Source: Candidatus Nanohalobium constans (GTDB taxonomy: Archaea > Nanohalarchaeota > Nanosalinia > Nanosalinales > Nanosalinaceae). Taken from it: 32,000 bases of DNA. The notes beneath the pieces were generated by a model, which was not told the origin of the DNA, did no database searches, and saw only the letters and a program-made list of their open reading frames with translations. The DNA lies in contig NZ_CP040089.1 in NCBI RefSeq assembly GCF_009617975.1, positions 180,001 through 212,000 of the forward strand, given 5' to 3'. The position numbers and the translations under genes are program-made. Below, in pieces: positions 16,014-24,094 of this stretch (positions are counted from its first letter, which is position 1; every line of letters starts with the position of its first letter).

Positions 16014-16508
16014 ATGGAACTGCCTGAGTTAGACGAGTTGAAACAGCTGGATAGAAAGAAAATCTTGTTGGGAACAACAGCCTTAATCTTGGTGCTTCTA
16101 GCAGCAGGTGCGGTTTATGCATATTCTCAGGTTGATGTAAATAATAAGGATGCATCTTTCAGCACTAATGCTACCATTCTTGATTCTAATGAGTCGGAGA
16201 ATTTGACGGCTGGTCTTGCTATGGGTCAGGGCATGAGTTTTGGAAAGTTTTCCTCCAATTTTAACAAGACCAAGTCCTTGAATCTTTCAGCAGATAGCTT
16301 GACTCTTGCCGAGGTAGAGGTCGAAGGCAATATCTCGGATAGACTGGATTACGAGGAGAGACATCTCTTTGAGGGAAGGACTCAGATTCCTTTCGAGTTA
16401 CACGGTAATCAGTCTGGATTCTTTGAAGGTGAGATAAATCTTGAATTGAAAACCGCCCAGAACAAGTGGGGAGAGAAATGGCTAAACTTCCAGTACAACT
16501 ACTTCTAA
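16014..16508 (+). CDS. Small exported or N-terminally anchored protein with a TasA/camelysin-like N-terminal signature (tentative)
   Basis: An SD-like GGAGGA lies 12 nt upstream, inside the end of the preceding gene. The N-terminus RKKILLGTTALILVLLAAGAVYAYSQVDVNNKDASFSTNATILD resembles SipW-type signal peptides and the following TasA-family block. The C-terminus EINLELKTAQNKWG resembles the family's last strand. This comparison is from memory only. Confidence 0.65.
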   Translation: MELPELDELKQLDRKKILLGTTALILVLLAAGAVYAYSQVDVNNKDASFSTNATILDSNESENLTAGLAMGQGMSFGKFSSNFNKTKSLNLSADSLTLAEVEVEGNISDRLDYEERHLFEGRTQIPFELHGNQSGFFEGEINLELKTAQNKWGEKWLNFQYNYF

Positions 16509-17293
16509 TCCTTTTTATTCTTCCCGCAGTTGCTGGATTAAATTTTGATGTAGATGTCTCAGCAATTACCGACCACTCTGTCAAGGATATAGAATATGGT
16601 GAGGATATTTCCGGAACTCAGGGAATCAACGCCACTGTAGAAAACGTCGGCAGCATCGGCTGCACCTACAGAATGAAGGCTGATTTCCAACAGGGAAATG
16701 AAAGCTTTGAACGATTTTCTTCTCCAGAGCCGCTGTGGCAGGGAGACTACGAGAGATTGGAGATAAAATACATTCCAACAAACTACACTGGCAAAATTGA
16801 AACTAATCTCTCTCTGCAGTACTGCGACCAAGAAAAACAGATAGACTCTTTCAACTTCAACGTAACAGAAAACACCACAATCAACTCCACAGTCGACTCC
16901 AGAACAGTTTCCTCAAATCATGAAAGTTCAAAGATAGAAATAAAGGGAGATACGCTTATTCCACAGGAAGAGCCAAGTTACTGGAAAACCAGTTCAGCAC
17001 AGATAATTAACGGAACAGCAGAGATAGAGTACGACGCCCCGATCTTCGACAGACAAGAAGAAATAACCTATACAGTCATAGAAGACGGAGAGATAATAGG
17101 CAGCACTACCGTAGGATTTAAACCAGAACCAACACTGAAGGAGAAAATCATCGACAAGAAACTAGAGGTACTGACAGGGCTTCTTACTGCTTCAATACTT
17201 TTCAATATCCTCCTAGTGCTCAAACAAAAAGGTATTTTAGCCAGGCTTCAAAGCCTCGAATACCAACTCCCCGACTTCAAAAAACAAGACTAA
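16478..17293 (+). CDS. Exported Ig-like protein with a C-terminal TM anchor (hypothetical)
   Basis: I prefer the ATG at 16478 (MAKLPVQLLLILFILPAVAG), which is preceded by GGGGAGAG. It overlaps the upstream gene by 31 nt. A CARDB-like motif is present (INATVENVGSIGCTYRMKADF). The anchor is LTGLLTASILFNILLVL, followed by KQK. Confidence 0.7.
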   Translation: MAKLPVQLLLILFILPAVAGLNFDVDVSAITDHSVKDIEYGEDISGTQGINATVENVGSIGCTYRMKADFQQGNESFERFSSPEPLWQGDYERLEIKYIPTNYTGKIETNLSLQYCDQEKQIDSFNFNVTENTTINSTVDSRTVSSNHESSKIEIKGDTLIPQEEPSYWKTSSAQIINGTAEIEYDAPIFDRQEEITYTVIEDGEIIGSTTVGFKPEPTLKEKIIDKKLEVLTGLLTASILFNILLVLKQKGILARLQSLEYQLPDFKKQD

Positions 17294-17346
17294 AAAACAC
17301 CTATCAGGAAACCCGTAACCCGCTAACCACGATACTCAAGTTAAAA

Positions 17347-17354
17347 CTTTAAAG
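17347..17354 (+). promoter_or_regulatory. TATA-like box (CTTTAAAG) for the 894-aa gene
   Basis: It lies 26-33 nt upstream of the ATG at 17380 with no SD, matching the pattern at other first genes in the window. Confidence 0.45.
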
Positions 17355-17379
17355 CAAAGTCACGAACCATACAATATTA

Positions 17380-20064
17380 ATGGCATCCAAGAAAACCATA
17401 CTGCTTCTAACACTTATCTTATTCACAGGAATTTCAGCTGCGCAGCCCAATAACATTACGGGTGAGGTCAAAGACGAGTTCTGGCTTAATCAGGATGATG
17501 CTATTCAAAGTTTCGGTGTAGAATTCGCCGGCCCATGTGAAAATACTGCTGTAGAAGTTTTCTCAAGTGAAGAGGAGGTAACTGATGTTGAGAATACAAG
17601 TGAGTCCGGGAATACCTATGAAATTGCTCCAAGCGATCTTTCCGGTCCTGCGAATTATACTATCGAAGCATCGTGCGAGAATGAAAATGTGAGTTCTGCT
17701 GAAACAAGTTTTCTTGCCGATAATATCCAACTCAGTGTAGGGAGTATTGATTCTAGTTCTGATGATCCTGTCTTCTACCCTGGTGATACTGTATCTGGGC
17801 AGCTCGACCTATCAACTGAGGGAAGTGTAATAGAATCTGTTCCAAGCTCTCTCGAATTTGATTCATCTTTTGAAAACGGTGTAAGTGTTAATCAAGAGTA
17901 CGACTTTCAGGTTGATGCTTCTTCGAGTGATACTGGTGAAAATTCAATAAGTTTGATAAATTATGAGACTTCTGCAGGAGATATCACTGTTGAACCTGTC
18001 TGGCAGGTAGAAAATAAGGTTGATGAGAAGGTTAAGCACAGGAATTTTCAGGATCTTTCTGTAACTTTCCAGATTACCAAGAAAGGAGATGCATACACCG
18101 GTTTTGAAGATGATGACTTTGAATTTGCCGGAGGTTCAGGCGATAACTTTGTTTCTGTAAGTACTGATGGCGACAGTTATACCCTTGACTTTGAATCTAC
18201 TCCAAAAGTTGATGATAGAGCCCCTACAGAGGAAACTTTTGAGTTAAGTGCTGATCCAAGAGAGCAAGATTTTGAAGAAGAATCTTTCAACATTGGTGAG
18301 ATAGAAATTGAAAAAGATATCGAGTTTTCAGGCGAGGTCCGTGACTTAGAGAGAAGCAGGGTTCCTGCTAAGTTCACAGCAGAGTTTGATAATCGAGATA
18401 CTGCTTTTGGGAACGGTGATTCTGCTTCATTTGAGAAGTTCTTCCCTGATGCAAAGGCTCCGATATTTGAGATGGATTTCCCAGAGGCAAAGTTTGAGCT
18501 TAAGAACTTTGAATTTGTCAGAGAGTATCCTGATGGTCAAGAAAGAGATATCAGATATAACTACTACGAAAAATTTGAGGGTATAGAGTTTGAGGGAGAT
18601 GCTTCAGATATTAGACCAGTAAATCTTGTCTCAATTGAATCTGATTATGACTTTGAGTCTGATCCTGATGAGAGTAGAGTGAACCTTGAATTTGATAGCA
18701 GTCAAGTTGAAGATACAAGAAATGTCGTAGTCTATGAGTGTGACTACTGGATGTTTGAAAGAGAAACATGTGCCAATGAATGGGAGGAGAAGGATGTCAG
18801 AACTCTTGGACAGGAGACTTTGAATGTGCAGATAAACCCTTATGATGAACAGTTTGGAGGAAATGCGAATGTTCTCTGGAATGCTTACTTGGTTGGTGTT
18901 CCTAAGGGTGTTGGTTCTAGTTTGACTCTTGAGAATAGTTTGGATGGTTTGCCTGGTAGGATTCAGGCTGGTGAGGAGTTTAGTATTTCAGGTACTGTGA
19001 TTGACAGTTCTACTGGTGAGGCTGTGGAGGATGCTGATGTTTCGATTGAGATTGTTTCTGGTGGTGGTAACAAGGTTACTCCTGACCAGGATATTGACAC
19101 AGGGGTGAATGGTAATTTTGAGTATTCGGATGTTGTGCGTGAGGCTGGCAGTTATTCGGCCAATATAGAGGTCTCTAAGAGTCCTTATGAGTCTTTTGTT
19201 TTTGAAGAAGAGAATGATGATAATGATAAGATGGAAGTGTATTATGAGACTGGTTTGACTGTCAGCAGTGAGGATGATGTCGATATTCGGTTCGGTGAGT
19301 CTTCCAGTGTGGAGTTTGATGTTGAGAATGTCGGTCAGTCGGAGGTTGAGGACCTGTCATTTGATACTGAAGTATCGGGTATCGATGAGGAATATTATAG
19401 TTGGAGTCTGCCAAGTAGAAGCAGTATTAGTGAGGAGGGTTCTGTAACTGCTACCTTGAACTTGGATATTCCTTCGGATGCTGATGTTGCTCCAGGTCGG
19501 AAGACTATTTCTCTATCTGCTTCCGGTAACTCTGCTGATGAGAGCTTGGATAACTCTGCTACTGTTTACGCATCTGTACCAGCTCAGCAAGAGGATGAAT
19601 CAGATCAGCAGGAGTCGGAGACGGAAGAACGGAATAACTCCGGTTCTTCGTTTGATGTTCCTGATGCCAAGGATGTTTCAAATGTGACCGGAGAGTTTAT
19701 TCAGAGTCAAAGTGATATGAACTTGGCTCTAGGGCTTATCCTGATTTTTGGAGCTATCCTGGCTGTGACGGTTAGGAAGAGGAAGAATGATGGTGATAGG
19801 GATGATAGGAGGATGGGTGGTCGTGCGACCACTGCATCACATGCCGGTGGCTCTGGTAGGGGCAAGGTTCAGAAGCCTGATGTCTCTCCTCAAGATAACC
19901 AGGAAGAAGATACTGAAGACGGAGAGGAGCAAGAATCAGTTGAAGAAGAAAGTGGTTCAGGTACGGGTTCAAACGATGAGGAGGGCGAGTTTGTCTGTGA
20001 TACTTGCGGAGATAAGTTTGACACGGAGTCCGGTTTGAAGCTTCACAAACAGGCGCTTCACTGA
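17380..20064 (+). CDS. Large adhesin-like type I membrane protein: signal peptide, acidic beta-rich ectodomain with CarboxypepD_reg-like and NEW3/CARDB-like modules, one TM, and a disordered cytoplasmic tail ending in a C2H2 zinc finger
   Basis: Signal peptide MASKKTILLLTLILFTGISAAQ. The CarboxypepD_reg-like module is FSISGTVIDSSTGEAVEDADVSIEIV...TGVNGNFEYSDVVREAGSYSANIEV. The NEW3-like module is VEFDVENVGQSEVEDLSFDTEV...PSDADVAPGRKTISLSA. The TM is LALGLILIFGAILAVTV, followed by RKRK. The tail ends FVCDTCGDKFDTESGLKLHKQALH. Confidence 0.8.
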   Translation: MASKKTILLLTLILFTGISAAQPNNITGEVKDEFWLNQDDAIQSFGVEFAGPCENTAVEVFSSEEEVTDVENTSESGNTYEIAPSDLSGPANYTIEASCENENVSSAETSFLADNIQLSVGSIDSSSDDPVFYPGDTVSGQLDLSTEGSVIESVPSSLEFDSSFENGVSVNQEYDFQVDASSSDTGENSISLINYETSAGDITVEPVWQVENKVDEKVKHRNFQDLSVTFQITKKGDAYTGFEDDDFEFAGGSGDNFVSVSTDGDSYTLDFESTPKVDDRAPTEETFELSADPREQDFEEESFNIGEIEIEKDIEFSGEVRDLERSRVPAKFTAEFDNRDTAFGNGDSASFEKFFPDAKAPIFEMDFPEAKFELKNFEFVREYPDGQERDIRYNYYEKFEGIEFEGDASDIRPVNLVSIESDYDFESDPDESRVNLEFDSSQVEDTRNVVVYECDYWMFERETCANEWEEKDVRTLGQETLNVQINPYDEQFGGNANVLWNAYLVGVPKGVGSSLTLENSLDGLPGRIQAGEEFSISGTVIDSSTGEAVEDADVSIEIVSGGGNKVTPDQDIDTGVNGNFEYSDVVREAGSYSANIEVSKSPYESFVFEEENDDNDKMEVYYETGLTVSSEDDVDIRFGESSSVEFDVENVGQSEVEDLSFDTEVSGIDEEYYSWSLPSRSSISEEGSVTATLNLDIPSDADVAPGRKTISLSASGNSADESLDNSATVYASVPAQQEDESDQQESETEERNNSGSSFDVPDAKDVSNVTGEFIQSQSDMNLALGLILIFGAILAVTVRKRKNDGDRDDRRMGGRATTASHAGGSGRGKVQKPDVSPQDNQEEDTEDGEEQESVEEESGSGTGSNDEEGEFVCDTCGDKFDTESGLKLHKQALH
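19990..20061 (+). other. Classical C2H2 zinc-finger motif at the extreme C-terminus of the 894-aa membrane protein
   Basis: F-V-C-DT-C-GDK-F-DTESG-L-KL-H-KQAL-H equals F-x-C-x2-C-x3-F-x5-L-x2-H-x4-H. Every consensus position of the TFIIIA-type finger is occupied, and the stop codon follows the last His directly. Confidence 0.75.
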
Positions 20065-20074
20065 GAAATTTCCT

Positions 20075-20857
20075 TTATTTTGAGATATTTCTTTTTATAT
20101 TCCGGAGCCCTCTCTTGAATTTGGCGAACTTTGGTGGTTCGTATTTTCCGCCTTCTAGACTGGCTGCTAGTTTCTGTATTTCGATTGCTGCCTCGCTGTA
20201 CTCGTTGAAGAGCACGAGTGGTGTGTTTTCGAAAAGGCTTTCTTTCATTTCTGCGTCGTAAGGTATTTGTCCTAGGATGTGGCTTTCTGTCATCATTTCG
20301 ACTTCTCTTTCTACTAGTTCTTTGTCTGGTTCGTCTTCTACTTTGTTGATGACTGTACCTAGTATTGGTTGCTGCATTTCCTTGCATTTTTCGATTATCT
20401 GTGCTGCGTTGATTCCTGCTGTCTGTGTGGGCATTGTGACTATCATTAGTTCGTCGCAAGCGTCTATTATGCTTTCAACTGTCTTATTTAGTCCTGGTGG
20501 GCAGTCAACCAGTACGTAGTCCGATTCTTTGCTTGCTTCCGTAAGTATGTCTCTGAGGCTGGATGTTTCTGGTTCCACCTTGTTAATTTCGTTGCTTGAG
20601 GTCAATGCTTTGATCCCAGTCGGGTGTCTGAAGATAGCTGATTCTGTTTCTGCGTTTCCATGCAGTACGTCCTGTATTTTGACAGGGTGGTCGTATCGTC
20701 CTAGGTAAACTCCTAGGTTTGAAGCTGAGAAGTCGGCGTCGACTATAGTTACTTCTTTTTCTCTTTGTTGTAGTGCTATTCCCAGGTTTACTGTCAAAGT
20801 GGTTTTTCCTACTCCGCCTTTTCCTGAGATCAGACCTACTATTCTTCCATCTGCCAT
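20075..20857 (-). CDS. minD: MinD/ParA-family ATPase (archaeal MinD type)
   Basis: Deviant Walker A GLISGKGGVGKTTLTVNLG, Walker A' VTIVDADF and Walker B YVLVDCPPG. The basic amphipathic C-terminus PKFAKFKRGLRNIKRNI looks like a membrane-targeting helix. A TATA-like TTTATTAAAC (plus coordinates 20884-20893) lies about 30 nt upstream. Confidence 0.9.
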   Translation of the reverse strand: MADGRIVGLISGKGGVGKTTLTVNLGIALQQREKEVTIVDADFSASNLGVYLGRYDHPVKIQDVLHGNAETESAIFRHPTGIKALTSSNEINKVEPETSSLRDILTEASKESDYVLVDCPPGLNKTVESIIDACDELMIVTMPTQTAGINAAQIIEKCKEMQQPILGTVINKVEDEPDKELVEREVEMMTESHILGQIPYDAEMKESLFENTPLVLFNEYSEAAIEIQKLAASLEGGKYEPPKFAKFKRGLRNIKRNISK

Positions 20858-20930
20858 CCTTGTGAAAGTTTTTGCAATTCGCTGTTTAATAAATTCATAG
20901 AAACCCAGACCGTTTTTGTTACTTCGCAGA

Positions 20931-20938
20931 CTTTAAAT
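20931..20938 (+). promoter_or_regulatory. TATA-like box (CTTTAAAT) for the 20962 gene
   Basis: It lies 24-31 nt upstream of the ATG at 20962 with no SD. Confidence 0.4.
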
Positions 20939-20961
20939 CATTTTGTCTTTAAACAGTAGTT

Positions 20962-21378
20962 ATGTCAAGATTCTGGATTGGGGTTGGGGTAGTTTTTGTA
21001 ATTGGTTTGCTGACAATTTTTTCAGCTACCGGAAACACGAATGCGGTGTATGTAAACGATCTTGAAACTGAGTGTCGAGGAGATCGGGCTGAATCAACGA
21101 GTATCAGCTTGCAGCAGGATAACTCTATAAGATTTGAAGGATACTTTCCGGTAGAAAACACTAATTCTGACATGAGCTTCAATTACAACGGAGGAAGCAG
21201 CATGGTATTGAATGTTAAGTCTCAAAACCTGGCAGCGCCTGACTTCTTATGGTATGACTGCCTAGCATCCGGAGTGTATGATATTGAGACCTCGGAACTG
21301 AACGAAGGAAGATACTCTGTAGAAATTAAACACAATGGAGAAAGAGTAGAAAAAAGGATAATCAGGATTAAGAATTAA
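20962..21378 (+). CDS. N-terminally anchored small beta-rich protein (hypothetical)
   Basis: The anchor is FWIGVGVVFVIGLLTIFSA, and the ectodomain has 2 Cys. The stop shares a TTAA with the convergent ppsA stop (21375-21378). Confidence 0.55.
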   Translation: MSRFWIGVGVVFVIGLLTIFSATGNTNAVYVNDLETECRGDRAESTSISLQQDNSIRFEGYFPVENTNSDMSFNYNGGSSMVLNVKSQNLAAPDFLWYDCLASGVYDIETSELNEGRYSVEIKHNGERVEKRIIRIKN

Positions 21379-23921
21379 TCCAACTGGTACTTAGTTTCAC
21401 CATCCTTCTTAACCTCTACTTCTATCTTACCTTCCTTTGCTAGCCATCCAAGAGCCTGGTTAACTGTTTCACTATCCATAGCATCGTCAGCATGACTTTT
21501 CAGCTTCTTGGCAGTAGCTTTGCCCTGGTCATTCAAGATATTGTAGACTTCTCCGGCAGCATTACCAACATCATCAGGAGTCAAACCTGCAATATTCACA
21601 TCACTGAAATCACTGTTCTCCACTGAATCTCTTCCTTCCTCTGCATCAGCAACCTTCAAAATAGTCTCCAATGCGACATCTGGAGAAACAGAGATCGCAT
21701 CGATATTGTTCTCAACCAGGAACTCTGCGTAACCTTCATGGGTTGAAGGAGCGTCTCCACAGATGCCGACATGTCTATCCTTCTTGTGAGCCTTTCTAAT
21801 CAGTTTCCTGACTGATTCTTTCACTGCAGGATCCCTCTCATCGAATACTTCCTTCATCTTATCGCTGTTCCTGTCAACTCCAAGTGTTAACTGAGTTAAG
21901 TCGTTTGTCCCGACGGAGAAACCATCGAATACTTCAGCAAACTCTTCTGCACGGATAATGTTTGAAGGAATCTCTGCCATGACATACACATCGATATCTC
22001 CTTCATCCAGTCCATACTCCTTCATCTTTGCTCTGACCTTCTTGCCCTCGTCGATGGTACGGCAGAAAGGAACCATCACGGTGATATTGTCCAATCCTAG
22101 CTCATCGATACATCTGCGCAGTGCTTCACATTCCAGTTCGAATGCTTTCTGGAATACTTCGTCATAGTATCTTGAAGCTCCTCTGAATCCGATCATAGGG
22201 TTCGCTTCATCTGGCTCATAGTCTTCACCGCCTTCAAGCTGTGCATATTCGTCTGATTTGAAGTCGGAAAGTCGAACTACAACTTGGTCTGGATAGAATG
22301 CTGCCCCGATCTTACCTAGGCCGTCTCGGAGCGCCTGAACATATTCATCGTCTCTACCTTCTTCAATTAAGTGTAGCGGATGTTCTCCGACATGGCTGGA
22401 GATGATGAATTCTTCTCTTGCTAGTCCGACACCTTCAACGGGGAGCTGGGCTACATGGAATACTTCGCTTGGCTCTCCGATGTTGACTTGTACATCTGTA
22501 TCTGTATCTGGTATTTCATCCAGGTGGTGTTCTTCGACATTGAACTCTATTTCTCCATCCCAGATTCTGCCTGTGCTTGAAGAACAGTCTACAGTAACCT
22601 CTTGTCCATCGGATAACTGGCTTGTGGCGTTCTCCGTGCCGATGACTGCCGGTACTCCTAGTTCTCTGGATACGATTGCTGCGTGACTGGTTCGCCCGCC
22701 TTTATTGGTTATGATAGCTCCTGCTTTCTTCATAATTGGCTCCCAGTCTGGATCGGTCATGTCGGTTACCAGTACTTCTCCCTCTTCAAACTGGTCGATT
22801 TGCTTGGGCGATGAGAGGACATGTGCCTTCCCTGAGCCAATCTTGGAGCCAATTGCGCTCCCCTCAAGCAGTACCTCTGACTCTTCCTCGAGCTTGTAGT
22901 CTTTGATTACATTTTCGTCCTTCTCAGCCTGCACCGTCTCCGGTCTTGCCTGAACAATATACAGTTCGTTGGTCTGTCCGTCCAGAACCCACTCGATATC
23001 CATTGGCTTACCATAGTGTTCCTCAATCCGTAAGGCGTATTTAGCCAGTTCTTTTACCTGGTTGTCAGTTATACAGAATTTTTCCCGGTCGCTCTGAGGC
23101 ACTTTCTTCTCAATGTTTTCCTGTCCATCTCCGGATTCATGATCTTCGTTCCTAACCAGCTTCTTCTCCTTGTCGCCAACTTCTTTCTCAATTATTCCAA
23201 GATTCTCCTTAAACACAGTGAACTCGTCAGGATTGACTTCTCCGAGTACTACATACTCTCCTAGTCCGTAGCTTCCGTTGATTGTTACGACATTGTCGAA
23301 TCCGGAGTCTGGGTCCAGTGTAAACATTACTCCAGCCGCACCGATATCTGAACGCCCCATCTTCTGAACAACGGCTGATAACTTCACATCAAAGTGACTG
23401 AAATCTTTATCCTCACGATAAGAAATCGCTCTGTTTGTGAAAAGAGAAGCATAGCAATCCTTAATCCTCTTGATCAAGTCTTGCTTCCCAGAAACATTTA
23501 GATAAGTTTCCTGCTGTCCTGCGAAAGATGCTCCTGGAAGGTCCTCAGCTGTGGCAGATGAACGAACTGCTACTTCCGGGTTTTCTACTCCCAATCGTTC
23601 TTCTAGTTCTTCGTATTGTTTTACAAAGTCTTTTCTTAGATCCTCTGGCATGTCAGCTTCCTTGATATGAGCACGGATCTGCTTGCCTACTCGTTGTAGG
23701 CTGTTGACATCATCGATGTCTAATCCGTCGATTAGTGTCTCGATCTTGTCTCTCAGATCGGTGTCGTGTATAAATTTGTCGTATGCATCGGCAGTGGTCG
23801 CGAAACCAGGTAGAACAGGTACTTCGGTTTCGTTTCGGAGCTCTCCGAGATTTGCGCTTTTACCGCCTACTTTAGCGGTGTCGTCAGAGTTGATATCTTC
23901 GAACCAGAGGACATTCTTCAT
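21375..23921 (-). CDS. ppsA: Phosphoenolpyruvate synthase (pyruvate, water dikinase) with an additional C-terminal winged-helix (DUF2582-like) domain
   Basis: The N-terminus MKNVLWFEDINSDDTAKVGGKSANLGEL matches the PpsA start. The phospho-His motif is NKGGRTSHAAIVSRELGVPAVIG, and the PEP-utilising TIM-barrel motifs are GFSVGTNDLTQL and GICGD. I prefer the ATG at 23921 to 24047 because a TATA-like TTTTATATGG (plus coordinates 23942-23951) lies about 26 nt upstream. An extra roughly 85 aa follows the canonical end. Confidence 0.95.
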   Translation of the reverse strand: MKNVLWFEDINSDDTAKVGGKSANLGELRNETEVPVLPGFATTADAYDKFIHDTDLRDKIETLIDGLDIDDVNSLQRVGKQIRAHIKEADMPEDLRKDFVKQYEELEERLGVENPEVAVRSSATAEDLPGASFAGQQETYLNVSGKQDLIKRIKDCYASLFTNRAISYREDKDFSHFDVKLSAVVQKMGRSDIGAAGVMFTLDPDSGFDNVVTINGSYGLGEYVVLGEVNPDEFTVFKENLGIIEKEVGDKEKKLVRNEDHESGDGQENIEKKVPQSDREKFCITDNQVKELAKYALRIEEHYGKPMDIEWVLDGQTNELYIVQARPETVQAEKDENVIKDYKLEEESEVLLEGSAIGSKIGSGKAHVLSSPKQIDQFEEGEVLVTDMTDPDWEPIMKKAGAIITNKGGRTSHAAIVSRELGVPAVIGTENATSQLSDGQEVTVDCSSSTGRIWDGEIEFNVEEHHLDEIPDTDTDVQVNIGEPSEVFHVAQLPVEGVGLAREEFIISSHVGEHPLHLIEEGRDDEYVQALRDGLGKIGAAFYPDQVVVRLSDFKSDEYAQLEGGEDYEPDEANPMIGFRGASRYYDEVFQKAFELECEALRRCIDELGLDNITVMVPFCRTIDEGKKVRAKMKEYGLDEGDIDVYVMAEIPSNIIRAEEFAEVFDGFSVGTNDLTQLTLGVDRNSDKMKEVFDERDPAVKESVRKLIRKAHKKDRHVGICGDAPSTHEGYAEFLVENNIDAISVSPDVALETILKVADAEEGRDSVENSDFSDVNIAGLTPDDVGNAAGEVYNILNDQGKATAKKLKSHADDAMDSETVNQALGWLAKEGKIEVEVKKDGETKYQLD

Positions 23922-24094
23922 ACCAGAAAATTCTTCCAGCCGCCATATAAAACGGCCGTTATTATAGAAAGGTGGTACATTGTCTCTATCTGGAGATAGT
24001 TGAAAGTTTGAACTTTTCTTTAAACATTTGAAGATTTCTTTAATCACACTAACTTCTCCTGAAATAAAGGAGTAGAAGAGCTAAATTGAAAGAT

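Noticed and set aside
20058-20459. 133-aa Arg-rich ORF on the minus strand overlapping minD
   Set aside because: It is an alternative frame of the well-supported MinD coding sequence. Its composition (Arg/Thr/Asn/Gln-rich) is non-protein-like and contrasts with the acidic proteome of this genome.
23922-24047. 42-codon N-terminal extension of ppsA offered by the ORF track
   Set aside because: The extension (MIKEIFKCLKKSSNFQ...) has no counterpart in PpsA proteins. It also contains the TATA-like box (23942-23951) that fits a leaderless start at ATG 23921, whose product begins with the conserved PpsA N-terminus.
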